From the IMG/VR virus record IMGVR_UViG_3300044619_001509: a DNA stretch of 64,000 nt. One strand, given 5' to 3'. This DNA is from an uncultured virus (IMG/VR IMGVR_UViG_3300044619_001509) (lineage: Duplodnaviria > Heunggongvirae > Uroviricota > Caudoviricetes). Each line of letters starts with the position of its first letter. Position 1 is the stretch's first letter. Position numbers and translations under genes: made by a program. The notes beneath the pieces were generated by a model that saw only the letters and a program-made list of their open reading frames with translations, searched no databases and was not told the origin of the DNA. Below are positions 48,705 through 58,563 of the stretch, piece after piece.

Positions 48705-49385
48705 ATGTCAAAAAGTATTAAGTTATCGAAAGAAACATTAGAGATTCTGAAAAATTTTGCATCAATCAATTCTAACATTTTGGTGCAGCCTGGAAAAACT
48801 CTAAGCACAATTTCTCCTGTAAAGAATGTTCTTGCAGAAGCAACCGTTGTTGAAGATTTTCCGATTCAGTTCGGACTTTGGGATCTAAACAGATTTTTGG
48901 GCGTTGTGTCCCTGTTTTCCGATCCTGAGTTTGTCTTTGAGGAAAAGTTTGTAACCATTCATGGTAAAAATTCTTCGGTGAAGTTTTTTTACTCAGAACC
49001 AAAGTTGCTGACTGTTCCTCCTGCAAAGAAGATTCAGATGCCAGAAAGTTCAATTAATTTTATTCTTAATCAGAAAGACTTTTCGGATTTGATGAAAATG
49101 TCTGCGACTCTTCAGTTGTCTGATATTTGTGTTCGTTCAAACGAAGATAAGATTGAACTTGCTGTAGTAGACAAGAAGGGTGCATCAAGCGATTGTGGTT
49201 CTATTGTTGTTGGTGATAACAACACAACCAAAAACTTTGAATTTTATTTTAAGTCAGAAAATTTAAAGTTAATTCCTGGCGATTATGAAGTCACCGTTGG
49301 TGCAACAACTGTTTCTAAGTTTGTGAGCAAGAATCGTTATCTTACTTATTGGATTGCATTGGAAGTTGATTCCAAGATTAATTAA
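48705..49385 (+). CDS. gp45: Sliding clamp
   Basis: LSKETLEILKNFASINSNI, FGLWDLNRFL, ENLKLIPGDY.V, YWIALE. Confidence 0.95.
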   Translation: MSKSIKLSKETLEILKNFASINSNILVQPGKTLSTISPVKNVLAEATVVEDFPIQFGLWDLNRFLGVVSLFSDPEFVFEEKFVTIHGKNSSVKFFYSEPKLLTVPPAKKIQMPESSINFILNQKDFSDLMKMSATLQLSDICVRSNEDKIELAVVDKKGASSDCGSIVVGDNNTTKNFEFYFKSENLKLIPGDYEVTVGATTVSKFVSKNRYLTYWIALEVDSKIN

Positions 49386-49387
49386 TT

Positions 49388-50329
49388 ATGAATACAGAAA
49401 ACTTTTTGTGGGTTGAAAAGTACCGTCCAAAAACAATCGAAGAGTGCATTCTTCCACCAAAATTAAAGAAGACATTTCAAGAAATGGTAGATTCTGGTCA
49501 ATGCCAGAATCTTCTTCTTAGTGGAGGTGGTGGTTGTGGTAAAACAACCGTTGCAAAGGCTCTTTGTAATGAAATGGGTGTTGATTACATTATGATCAAC
49601 TGCTCAGAAGATGGTAACATCGACACACTTCGTACTAAAATTCGAAACTTTGCGAGTACCGTATCCTTTGTAGATAAGGTAAAGGTTGTAATCCTAGATG
49701 AGTTTGACTACTCAAATCAACAGTCAATGCAACCCGCTCTTCGTGGATTTATAGAAGAGTTTGCCGATAACTGTAGATTTATTCTTACTTGTAACTACAA
49801 GAATCGAATTCTTCCTCAACTCCATTCTCGTTGCACCTGTATTGATTTTGTTTTTACAAACGACGAGAAGATGAAGATGTGTGCTGAGTTTATGTCAAGA
49901 TTGACAGAGATTCTAAAGGCGGAAAATATTCAGTTTGAAGAAAAGATTATTGCCAAACTGGTAATGAAGTATGCTCCCGATTTTCGTAGACTATTGAACG
50001 AAGTTCAACGATATTCTATTAGCGGAACAATTGATTCGGGTATTTTGAGCGATGCTGGAGATTTTTCCATCAAGGAAGTTATTCTTGCGATGAAAGAAAA
50101 GAACTTTGCCAAAGTTCGTAAGTGGGTGACTGAAAACGGTCATTATGATTCTAGTCACATCGTAGGAAAAATTAAACTAGGATTTGATGAATATTTTGTA
50201 GCTAGTTCGATTCCCACCGCAATTCTCATTTCAAATGACTATCAGAGAGATGCTGCATTTGTTGCAGATCCCGAGATTAATCTATCCGCATATTTTGTGA
50301 AACTTATGATGGAGTGTGAATTTAAATAA
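49388..50329 (+). CDS. gp44: Clamp loader large subunit
   Basis: LWVEKYRP, GCGKTT, ILDEFD, ALRGFIEEF, LHSRC. Confidence 0.96.
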   Translation: MNTENFLWVEKYRPKTIEECILPPKLKKTFQEMVDSGQCQNLLLSGGGGCGKTTVAKALCNEMGVDYIMINCSEDGNIDTLRTKIRNFASTVSFVDKVKVVILDEFDYSNQQSMQPALRGFIEEFADNCRFILTCNYKNRILPQLHSRCTCIDFVFTNDEKMKMCAEFMSRLTEILKAENIQFEEKIIAKLVMKYAPDFRRLLNEVQRYSISGTIDSGILSDAGDFSIKEVILAMKEKNFAKVRKWVTENGHYDSSHIVGKIKLGFDEYFVASSIPTAILISNDYQRDAAFVADPEINLSAYFVKLMMECEFK

Positions 50330-50718
50330 TGGAACTATTTGATTTTATTAATGATGTGAGTCATGAGAAAAAAAATATTTATAAAGAACTATCTGAACGA
50401 GAAGAGAAAAAGTACCCAACCTACCTTGTTAACAAGTATTTTTCATTTTTTTCGGACACTATTTTTTATGCGAACGAAGTAAATAAATGTCAATACCTTA
50501 CAGGTAAAGATATTCATTATTTCTATCTAAACACTCTTCGCAAAAAGAAAAGATTTACCAAATGGTTAAAAACGGAAAAAATAGAGGACGAAGAACTGGT
50601 GATGCAAGTCTATTCTTGCTCGCGCCAAAAAGCTAAAGAATACCTCAAAATACTCTCCAAAGAGCAGATTCAGAGCATTAAAGACACCTATCATCATTTA
50701 AATACTAATAAATCCTAA
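50329..50718 (+). CDS. gp62: Clamp loader small subunit
   Basis: LFDFIN, DTIFYANEVN, RKKKRFTKW; between gp44 and regA. Confidence 0.88.
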   Translation: MELFDFINDVSHEKKNIYKELSEREEKKYPTYLVNKYFSFFSDTIFYANEVNKCQYLTGKDIHYFYLNTLRKKKRFTKWLKTEKIEDEELVMQVYSCSRQKAKEYLKILSKEQIQSIKDTYHHLNTNKS

Positions 50719-50746
50719 ATAATATTAATTATTGTTAGGAGTATTT
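50700..50746 (+). promoter_or_regulatory. Late-promoter-like CCTAAATA within an imperfect hairpin masking the regA RBS
   Basis: TCCTAA (50713-18)/TTAGGA (50735-40) and AAATAC/GTATTT arms; CCTAAATA at 50714-21. Confidence 0.45.
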
Positions 50747-50747
50747 A

Positions 50748-51149
50748 ATGAGTGAATATATTAGTGTAGAGGATCTTTTAGAGGTAGAATTACAAAACAA
50801 AGAGGACTTTTTAAAGGTAAAAGAAACTCTTACTCGTATTGGTATTACTTCCAAAAAAGAAAATAAGTTATTTCAGTCGTGTCATATTTTACATAAAAAA
50901 GGTAAATATTACATTGTACATTTTAAGGAACTATTTCTATTGGATGGGTTGGAGTCAAATATAGACGATAACGATATTGCCAGAAGAAATACAATTGCCA
51001 AACTTTTACAGGAATGGAAACTTATAAAAATTGTAAATCCCGATATAATGAATAATAATTTTGCAGGAATTAATCAGATTAAAATAATTCCACATTCCGA
51101 AAAAACCAAATGGCAATTGTGTCCTAAATACCATATAGGTAAAAAATAA
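50748..51149 (+). CDS. regA: Translational repressor RegA
   Basis: DFLKVKETLTRIGI, LFQSCHILHK.G.YYIVHFKELF, RRNTIA.LL..W. Confidence 0.96.
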   Translation: MSEYISVEDLLEVELQNKEDFLKVKETLTRIGITSKKENKLFQSCHILHKKGKYYIVHFKELFLLDGLESNIDDNDIARRNTIAKLLQEWKLIKIVNPDIMNNNFAGINQIKIIPHSEKTKWQLCPKYHIGKK

Positions 51150-51535
51150 TGATTCCTTATTCTTACGATCTTACATTTAATAAAAATACGGATTTTCGTT
51201 TATCCTTTCAAGCACTTGAGGATGATAACACAACTCCTTTGTTTTTTAATGGAACAAATGCAATTGCAACTTACGAATGTAGAATGATTGTGACAAGAGC
51301 ATTAAATGGTGGAGAAACTGTTCTTGAAATTTCAAATTATCCATCGACAAATCAAAATATAAATGATACAATAGATTTTTCTGTGACTGTAGATGGAAGA
51401 ATCGACATAGATATAAGCGAAGAAACTATCAACACTTTGACAAATAATAAGTATCATTATACGATAATTTTATCCTCATCATCGGGATATGATCAAATGT
51501 TACTCAGAGGACGAGTTGATGTGTTTGGAGGTTGA
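51149..51535 (+). CDS. Hypothetical beta-sandwich adapter-like protein (paralog-like to 28850-29413)
   Basis: YDLTFNKNTDF...RM...GRIDIDIS...YHYTI...LLRGRV pattern. Confidence 0.55.
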   Translation: MIPYSYDLTFNKNTDFRLSFQALEDDNTTPLFFNGTNAIATYECRMIVTRALNGGETVLEISNYPSTNQNINDTIDFSVTVDGRIDIDISEETINTLTNNKYHYTIILSSSSGYDQMLLRGRVDVFGG

Positions 51536-52638
51536 CTGTGAAACGATCCGAACTCTTTGTACTACCCAGTAGCATTTCAAAATTATTTCTACCAAACGGA
51601 ACCGAAAATCCAAATGTAGATAATATTGATTATTATCCAAGGCATCTTCAGCCATTTTATGGTAATTTGCACATAATTAATGCAAATACAAGCACTATCG
51701 GTGAAGATTCGTTTGGTAATCTCGTTGCGGGTTGGAATCCAAATCAAAGAAATTTTAATCTAGTTACAGATATAGTAAATAATTTTCCCCGTCATATGCT
51801 ACAAAACCTTGTGGTGATTGCGGGAAAAGACGGAACCGCAATTCCTATTGCTGGTTCTTATTTTACAAAAATGATGGATCATGAGCCTGGTACGATTGAA
51901 CCACTTTCGTGTCTAATTACGGATGAAAACGGTGATATAGTAGGATTAAATTTTACAAGTTCTATAACTATTGCTGGACTTGTTAATAGTGGAACCAATA
52001 CTGGTGATCAAAATCTATTTTCTACGATTGCTGTAGCAGGTCAATCAAATGTTGTTGCTGATACAACATCGGATACCTTGACATTAGTTGCTGGATCTGG
52101 TATAGCAATAACTACAGACGCCACCACTGATACTATTACTATTGCTAGTACTGGTGGTGGTGGAAGTAAAACATATGGAATATTTACTCCACTTGATAAT
52201 CAACCACCAGCAACAAATTATGCAACCATTGATACAAGAAATTCTATTATGATTCTAGATTTTGATGCTGCTACGCGGGAAGAGGCTGTCTTTGTGTCGG
52301 TTATTCCCGAAGCAGCGGTATTAGGTAGCGGATTGACCGCTAGAATCAACTGGACGGCAACCACGGCAACAACAGGAAACTGCGTCTGGGGAATTCAGTA
52401 TGAAAGAATGAACACGGACATCGACTCGGATTCCTTCGCTACGGCTGCTACCACCACAAGCGCAACAAATGCAACTTCGGGAATCATCACAACCACGACC
52501 ATAACCACAACGAACATCGACGGATTGACGGCAGGAGATCCGTATAGGATCAAGGTGTTCAGGGACGCAGCCAATGGATCCGACACAATGACTGGCGATG
52601 CCGAACTCATCTCAGTCGAAGTAAGGAGCGGTGCATAA
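51532..52638 (+). CDS. Putative fibre/receptor-binding structural protein
   Basis: Thr-rich; NSGTNTGDQN and FSTIAVAGQSNVVAD...TLTLVAGSGIAITT fibre-type motifs; TTG start uncertain. Confidence 0.55.
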   Translation: MTVKRSELFVLPSSISKLFLPNGTENPNVDNIDYYPRHLQPFYGNLHIINANTSTIGEDSFGNLVAGWNPNQRNFNLVTDIVNNFPRHMLQNLVVIAGKDGTAIPIAGSYFTKMMDHEPGTIEPLSCLITDENGDIVGLNFTSSITIAGLVNSGTNTGDQNLFSTIAVAGQSNVVADTTSDTLTLVAGSGIAITTDATTDTITIASTGGGGSKTYGIFTPLDNQPPATNYATIDTRNSIMILDFDAATREEAVFVSVIPEAAVLGSGLTARINWTATTATTGNCVWGIQYERMNTDIDSDSFATAATTTSATNATSGIITTTTITTTNIDGLTAGDPYRIKVFRDAANGSDTMTGDAELISVEVRSGA

Positions 52639-53435
52639 TGTCAATCCGTCAAAATTTTCAAGAATCCGATGGAAACGGAAACTATGTATGGCGCGAATTG
52701 GTGGGAGACCTTACCAGAAGCCTGTTTACTTTTCCATTCACCATCAACTTATGGGTAAAGAAGACTGGCAGCAATGGAACCAAAGTTTTGTCTGTACACC
52801 ACACCAGTTCGGGAGGACAAGTTGCATGTAATGCCTTCATAATAGAAGACAACGCAGGATCACCCCTGAGAATGAGGTTGCGGGCATTGACTTCAAATGG
52901 TAACACATCCCTCACCAACACCAATGTTTCCATAAGCCAGAACACATGGTACATGGTGACGGCAGTAGTCGCAAGCGCGACCAGTCGCATATTGTATGTG
53001 AATGCCGTTGCCTCCACCACATCTACAGTTTCCCGCACCCCATTGACAATTGAGGAATTAGCCATTGGAGCATATCCAAGCAACGATCCAAATTTTGGAA
53101 GCACAAATCCCGTAATTTACACAATTGCGGATGTTCCGTTTGGTATTTCCGCTGAACTTGGTGTATGGAATGCAGCACTTACCGCAGACGAGATCACATC
53201 TCTGCATAAAGGGGCAAGGACGATACAGGTGAGACCTCAGTCCCTCTGTCTCTACTCTCCTTGGATTCGCAACAGTTCCAACGACCTTGTCGGAAAATAC
53301 ACAAGCAATGTTCCTTCATTCAGCCAAGCACCCTATTTCGATGTCGGTGATTACGAGTTTAACGGTGGAACGGTGGTTCCCCGCGTGGTTGAGGATCCTT
53401 TGGTAGAGGTGCATGACATAAGGAGGTATGGATGA
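52638..53435 (+). CDS. LamG/concanavalin-A-like lectin domain protein
   Basis: FTINLWVK, NTWYMVTAV, LYVNA, IGA, AELGVWNAALTADEI..L. Confidence 0.8.
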   Translation: MSIRQNFQESDGNGNYVWRELVGDLTRSLFTFPFTINLWVKKTGSNGTKVLSVHHTSSGGQVACNAFIIEDNAGSPLRMRLRALTSNGNTSLTNTNVSISQNTWYMVTAVVASATSRILYVNAVASTTSTVSRTPLTIEELAIGAYPSNDPNFGSTNPVIYTIADVPFGISAELGVWNAALTADEITSLHKGARTIQVRPQSLCLYSPWIRNSSNDLVGKYTSNVPSFSQAPYFDVGDYEFNGGTVVPRVVEDPLVEVHDIRRYG

Positions 53436-53911
53436 GCAAGTATGCAATAATTCAGAACTCGGCAAATAGTACGATGATTGTAGGAATCAAGGACATAGAA
53501 GATTCCCTGTATTCACAATGGGTATCGACGGGCAATCCAAAAAAGGATGTTTATAGACTTGTCATTGAATCCGAACCCCCAGAAGTATCAAAAAACGAGG
53601 TTGCTGTCAAGTCATTCGTAGTGAATCCTACGACCGTCAATGTCGTGTGGACGGTGCGACAAAAGACACAAGATGAACTTCGCATGATCTTTACGGCATA
53701 TGAGTTCTTGCTTCGGTTCACTCCACAGGAACGAGCGGCTTTCCGCGCTGCTGCAAACACCGATCCTCTCGTCGCGGACTTTCAGCAACTTGCACAGGCT
53801 GCACAGGAGATCGTCAGCGACGATCCACTCACTATTATGGGACTAAATTATTTGATTTCTGTTGGATTATTAACAGAACAAAGAAAGAACGAAATTTTAG
53901 ATATTGTTTAA
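53432..53911 (+). CDS. Hypothetical protein, possible fibre assembly chaperone
   Basis: TAYEFLLRFTPQERAA...DDPLT..GLNYL...GLLTEQRKNEIL is typical of small genes after fibre genes (inference). Confidence 0.5.
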   Translation: MSKYAIIQNSANSTMIVGIKDIEDSLYSQWVSTGNPKKDVYRLVIESEPPEVSKNEVAVKSFVVNPTTVNVVWTVRQKTQDELRMIFTAYEFLLRFTPQERAAFRAAANTDPLVADFQQLAQAAQEIVSDDPLTIMGLNYLISVGLLTEQRKNEILDIV

Positions 53912-53938
53912 CATTTTTGAAATAAGGTAGTATATATT

Positions 53939-54454
53939 ATGAACGAAATTCCAAAATTAAAAATTTATTGTAAATCACCATACGCAACCTATCCAACATA
54001 CGCAACAGAAGATTCTGCATGTTTTGATATACATGCATGTGTTGCTCACGAATCTATTAAAATTTGGTATGAAAATTCAATAGATTCTATTGAAGAATTG
54101 GCAACCGAAGAATCTATAATTCGTGTTATGCCAAAATCTAGAGTATTGATTCCTACTGGAATCATAATGGATATTCCCAAAGGATATTCTGTTCGTTTAC
54201 ACTCTCGTTCGGGATTAGCATTAAAGAATGGTGTTTTTCTTGGTAACTGTGAAGGTGTAATTGATTCGGATTATATTCAAGAGGTAAAAGTAATTTTATA
54301 TAACTCATCTGCTATTCCATTCTTTATTAAACAGGGTGATAGAATTTGTCAAGGAGAACTGGTGAAAAATCTTGACTATTTGCTGGAGAGATGCTATACT
54401 CCTCCTTCAATCAAGACAAATCGTGAAGGTGGATTTGGATCCACAGGAGTATAA
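53939..54454 (+). CDS. dut: Trimeric dUTPase
   Basis: All five motifs: SACFDI, SRSGLA, GVIDSDY, GDRICQ, REGGFGSTG. Confidence 0.93.
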   Translation: MNEIPKLKIYCKSPYATYPTYATEDSACFDIHACVAHESIKIWYENSIDSIEELATEESIIRVMPKSRVLIPTGIIMDIPKGYSVRLHSRSGLALKNGVFLGNCEGVIDSDYIQEVKVILYNSSAIPFFIKQGDRICQGELVKNLDYLLERCYTPPSIKTNREGGFGSTGV

Positions 54455-54455
54455 T

Positions 54456-54776
54456 ATGAATCGTGAAGAACTATTTAAACATCATGAAGAAATTTCAAAG
54501 AAAGCACTAGAATTAATGAAAAAGAAAAACCATGATTACGCAGGTAATGGTGGTGAAACCCCATTTGCAAATTTTGAGAGATGTGAAGCAATGAACATCT
54601 GTTCAACCGAAGCTGGATTTTTGGTGCGACTTTGCGACAAGTTATCTCGCTTGTCAACTTTCGCAGAATCTGGTAAACTGACAGTCCATAACGAAGGTTA
54701 TGAAGATGCTATTATTGATATTATAAACTATTGTGTGCTATTCTCTGCTTATGTCAAATCAAAAAATATACACTAA
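54456..54776 (+). CDS. Nucleotide-modification-associated helical protein (DUF1599/MazG-like)
   Basis: KKNHDYA, PFANF, VRLCDKLSRL, EGYEDAIIDIINY. Confidence 0.65.
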   Translation: MNREELFKHHEEISKKALELMKKKNHDYAGNGGETPFANFERCEAMNICSTEAGFLVRLCDKLSRLSTFAESGKLTVHNEGYEDAIIDIINYCVLFSAYVKSKNIH

Positions 54777-57288
54777 TATTGGAATTCGTGGTAACAATAT
54801 TCTTTACAGGGGTTACGAAAACGGTAAAAGAGTCCATGAAAAGGTTGCTTTTTCCCCTACTCTGTTTGTTCCCACAAATAAAAAAACCATATACAAAACC
54901 CTTTTTGGTCAGCACCTAGAACCGTTTAAGCCTGGTTCTATTAACGATTGTCGTGACTTTTTAGATCGGTATTCGGATGTCGATAATTTTGACATTTACG
55001 GAAATACTGACTACAAATATCAGTTTATTGCTGAAGAATTTTGTCACGAACTGGAGTATGATATTGACAAATTTAATGTGGCATACATAGATATAGAAAC
55101 CAAATGTGAAGAGGGCTTCCCCGATGCAAATGTCGCCAATGAAGAAATTATTGTTATTACTGTTCGCATGGGGAGTACTATTTATACCTTCGGACTTAAT
55201 GATTTTGGCGCTGTTTCTAATAACCATGAATGTTATGTCTTCAGAAGCGAATCAGACCTCCTCGAATCATTCCTAGAATTTTGGGAACAAAAAGACATTG
55301 ATATAGTAACTGGTTGGAATATCAACTTTTTTGATATTCCTTATCTTATTAATAGAATCAATAAGATTTTGGGTGACGGGGAAGCAAAAAGACTTTCTCC
55401 GTGGAATCATATCAAGGAAAGAATTGTTACGGTAATGCAGCGAGATTATACTGTGTATGATCTTGTTGGTATTTCTACTCTTGATTATTTTGATCTTTAT
55501 CGAAAGTTGACATTTGTAAACCGTGAATCATACAAGTTGGATCATATTGCATATGTCGAACTTGGTGAAAGAAAGACTTCATATACCGAATATGACAGTC
55601 TAAGAGACTTCTACACAAAGAACTTTCCGAAGTTTGTCGAGTATAATGTGCGAGATGTTGATCTTGTCGTTAAACTTGAGGAAAAATTGAAGTTGATGGA
55701 ACTTGCTCTGAGAATTGCTTATTCGGCAAAAGTAAACCATAACGATATCTTCTCACAAGTAAAGACTTGGGATCAGATCATTTATCATCATTTGAACTCT
55801 CAAAACATTATTATTCCTCTAAAGAAAGAACAAGAGGAAAAGGAAGACAAGTTTATTGGTGCGTATGTAAAGGAACCCGAAGTCGGAATGCACAAATGGA
55901 TCGCATCGTTTGACTTGGATTCTTTGTATCCACATTTGATTATGCAGTATAATCTTTCGCCAGAAACTATCACATCGGATGGTGCAAGAAATAGTTTTTC
56001 TGTTGATGATGTTTTGGATGAAACAAATAAATTTAAAACATCCATGAAGAGATACTCATCAAAAGATTTGTCTGTCGCAGCAAACGCAACGACCTATCGC
56101 AAAGATAAGCAAGGGTTCTTACCAAAGTTGATGGAAACTTTGTACGAAGAGCGAAAGATGTTTAAAAATAAAATGTTGGAAGCAAAAGCAAAACTTGCCA
56201 AACTTCCCGATACTGCTACGGTTGAAGAGAGGAGCAAACTGAAGAAAGAGATTGCAAAGAATCACAACTTCCAGTTGGCAAGAAAGATTCAACTTAACTC
56301 GGCTTTCGGTGCAATTGGAAATCAATATTTTAGATACTTTAACTTGGATATTGCGGAAGCAATTACTTTGTCGGGTCAATTGTCGATTCGTTGGATTGAA
56401 ACCTGTCTAAACGATTACATGAACAATGCAGTCGGAACAAAAAACGAAAACTATGTTATTGCCAGTGATACAGATAGTATTTACTTGCGAATGGATACAT
56501 TGGTTAATAAAGTATTACCAAATGATACGGACGAGAAAAAAGTAAAGTTTTTGTTGAATGTTTGTGATAAAGCACTACAACCGTTCATTGAAGAAAAATA
56601 CCAAGGATTAGCAACCAAAATGAATGTATATGCACAGAAAATGCATATGAAGCGCGAAGCGATTGCAAACAAAGGTATTTGGACTGCCAAGAAACGATAC
56701 ATGTTAAATGTAATGGTTGGTGAAAGTGGAGTAATACTCAAGACACCCGAACAAAAGATTCTGGGTGTCGAAACCGCACGATCATCTACGCCAGAAATTG
56801 TTCGTGATGCATTGGGTGATTGTATTAATATTATTCTCAATGGTACGGAAGATGAGATGAGAGAATATATTGCGAACTTTGAAAAGAAATTCAACGAATC
56901 TTCAATTGAAGATGTTTCATTCCCTCGCGGATGTAATGGAATGGAAAAGTATGCAGATTCTACACTAATCTACAAAAAATCTACTCCAATTGCAGTAAAG
57001 GGTGCATTGCTGTATAATAACTTTATACGCAAGAACAAACTTCAAAAGAAGTATTCTCTGATCAAAGATGGAGAAAAGATAAAATTTGTTTATCTGAAGC
57101 AACCCAACACGATTGGTGGTTCTGTTGTTTCTTTTGTGGGAAGAGTCCCCGATGAATTTGACTTGAGACGATTTGTGGATTTTGACAAGCAGTTTGAGAT
57201 TTCATTCAAAGAACCGCTCTGTAATATTTTAAATGTAATTGGTTGGAAATTTAAAAAGGAAAACACTCTTGAATCCCTGTTTGCTTGA
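54751..57288 (+). CDS. gp43: Family B DNA polymerase
   Basis: Exo DIET, GWN..FFD, YNVRD; polymerase FDLDSLYP, KIQLNS.FG, SDTDS, KKRY; C-terminal clamp-binding TLESLF. Confidence 0.97.
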   Translation: MSNQKIYTNIGIRGNNILYRGYENGKRVHEKVAFSPTLFVPTNKKTIYKTLFGQHLEPFKPGSINDCRDFLDRYSDVDNFDIYGNTDYKYQFIAEEFCHELEYDIDKFNVAYIDIETKCEEGFPDANVANEEIIVITVRMGSTIYTFGLNDFGAVSNNHECYVFRSESDLLESFLEFWEQKDIDIVTGWNINFFDIPYLINRINKILGDGEAKRLSPWNHIKERIVTVMQRDYTVYDLVGISTLDYFDLYRKLTFVNRESYKLDHIAYVELGERKTSYTEYDSLRDFYTKNFPKFVEYNVRDVDLVVKLEEKLKLMELALRIAYSAKVNHNDIFSQVKTWDQIIYHHLNSQNIIIPLKKEQEEKEDKFIGAYVKEPEVGMHKWIASFDLDSLYPHLIMQYNLSPETITSDGARNSFSVDDVLDETNKFKTSMKRYSSKDLSVAANATTYRKDKQGFLPKLMETLYEERKMFKNKMLEAKAKLAKLPDTATVEERSKLKKEIAKNHNFQLARKIQLNSAFGAIGNQYFRYFNLDIAEAITLSGQLSIRWIETCLNDYMNNAVGTKNENYVIASDTDSIYLRMDTLVNKVLPNDTDEKKVKFLLNVCDKALQPFIEEKYQGLATKMNVYAQKMHMKREAIANKGIWTAKKRYMLNVMVGESGVILKTPEQKILGVETARSSTPEIVRDALGDCINIILNGTEDEMREYIANFEKKFNESSIEDVSFPRGCNGMEKYADSTLIYKKSTPIAVKGALLYNNFIRKNKLQKKYSLIKDGEKIKFVYLKQPNTIGGSVVSFVGRVPDEFDLRRFVDFDKQFEISFKEPLCNILNVIGWKFKKENTLESLFA

Positions 57289-58561
57289 TCTTGTAGATGA
57301 AATTAAAAAATGTGCAGACTCAAATGGACTTCCTATCATACCTTACGATAAGTGGAATGATATGAATAACAATTATTCCAAGCAGGATATTAAAGATGCT
57401 CTTGCTTATTACATTGTTACAGAAAAACCAAAGTTTCCATTTCGTGAGATAGAGGAGTCTGAAGCGGCAAAGAAGTTTCATAGACTCTGTAAGGAAGATT
57501 ATAATAAGTTTTATATTCCTAGATCTTTGTTGCACACAAGAGATGTTCTTGAAAAATATGATGATTACAAGTATCCCTTTTCTGTTTATGGAAACGGACT
57601 AATACAATTTGGTCATTACTATAATGATATTAGTAATATCTTTCAGCAAGAAAATCGATACTCTTGTGGATCATATGGATTTGCTGCGCCACTTGAGATT
57701 TGGAAAGATGAACAACTTCTTCGTAAGATGAACTATACATTTTGGAGATTGGGTAACAAGAGCGTAGGACTTCACAATTGGAGAGGATCTTTTCGCTTGG
57801 GTGCTTATGTTGCAACTCAATTTAAACCTCATGTTGCAAAGACAATATATGATTTAACCAAAGCAAAATCTGTCATGGATACGAGTTGTGGATGGGGAGA
57901 TCGTCTTGCTGCATTTTATGCTTCGAACGCATACGAATATTATGGTTGCGATCCAAACGAAAAAGTATTTGAAACATACAAAAAACAATGTGTTTGGTAT
58001 GAAAAACAATTAGGTTGTAATGAACCCTATATCAAAGAAGAAGAAGATTATTTCTTTTGTTGGGGTAAAAAGTATGTGGTGATACACAGAAAACCCGCAG
58101 AAGATATAGATTGGAATACTAGATCCAATCCAATTGATTGTTTATTTACTTCTCCTCCATATTTTTCTACGGAACTTTACAATAGGGGTGGAGAAAACGA
58201 AAAAGATCAATCATGGGCCAGATACATTGAATATAGTAACTGGAGAGATGGGTTCTTGTTTCCAATGCTAACAAATGCATGGAAAGTAATCAATGATGGG
58301 GGATATGTAATGATTAATATTATGGATCCTGTTATTGGTGGAATAAGATACAGAACTTGCGATGAAATGGTTGACTTTATGTGCAATCAACTAGGAGCAA
58401 ACTTTATTGGTCAAATTGGCATGAGAATCAAACAAAGACCAAAAAAGACAAACGATCTGTCTGCTTTCCTAGAAAAAGATTTTATTGAAAATATTTGGTG
58501 CTTTGGTAAAGGGGTTGACAAACTACCTACTAATGGTACACTAGAAAACTATATGGAGTAA
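57269..58561 (+). CDS. Second DNA amino-methyltransferase (N4-C/N6-A type)
   Basis: ATQFKP.VAK, MDTSCGWGDR, FTSPPYF; TTG start after AAGGA. Confidence 0.75.
   Translation: MNPCLLDLVDEIKKCADSNGLPIIPYDKWNDMNNNYSKQDIKDALAYYIVTEKPKFPFREIEESEAAKKFHRLCKEDYNKFYIPRSLLHTRDVLEKYDDYKYPFSVYGNGLIQFGHYYNDISNIFQQENRYSCGSYGFAAPLEIWKDEQLLRKMNYTFWRLGNKSVGLHNWRGSFRLGAYVATQFKPHVAKTIYDLTKAKSVMDTSCGWGDRLAAFYASNAYEYYGCDPNEKVFETYKKQCVWYEKQLGCNEPYIKEEEDYFFCWGKKYVVIHRKPAEDIDWNTRSNPIDCLFTSPPYFSTELYNRGGENEKDQSWARYIEYSNWRDGFLFPMLTNAWKVINDGGYVMINIMDPVIGGIRYRTCDEMVDFMCNQLGANFIGQIGMRIKQRPKKTNDLSAFLEKDFIENIWCFGKGVDKLPTNGTLENYME
58515..58542 (+). promoter_or_regulatory. Sigma70-type early promoter for uvsX-gp41
   Basis: TTGACA-16 nt-TACACT with TGn. 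Confidence 0.7.
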
Positions 58562-58563
58562 AT

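Noticed and set aside
53978..54008. Short direct repeat CATACGCAAC in the dUTPase 5' end
   Set aside because: Two copies encoding YAT; no array structure
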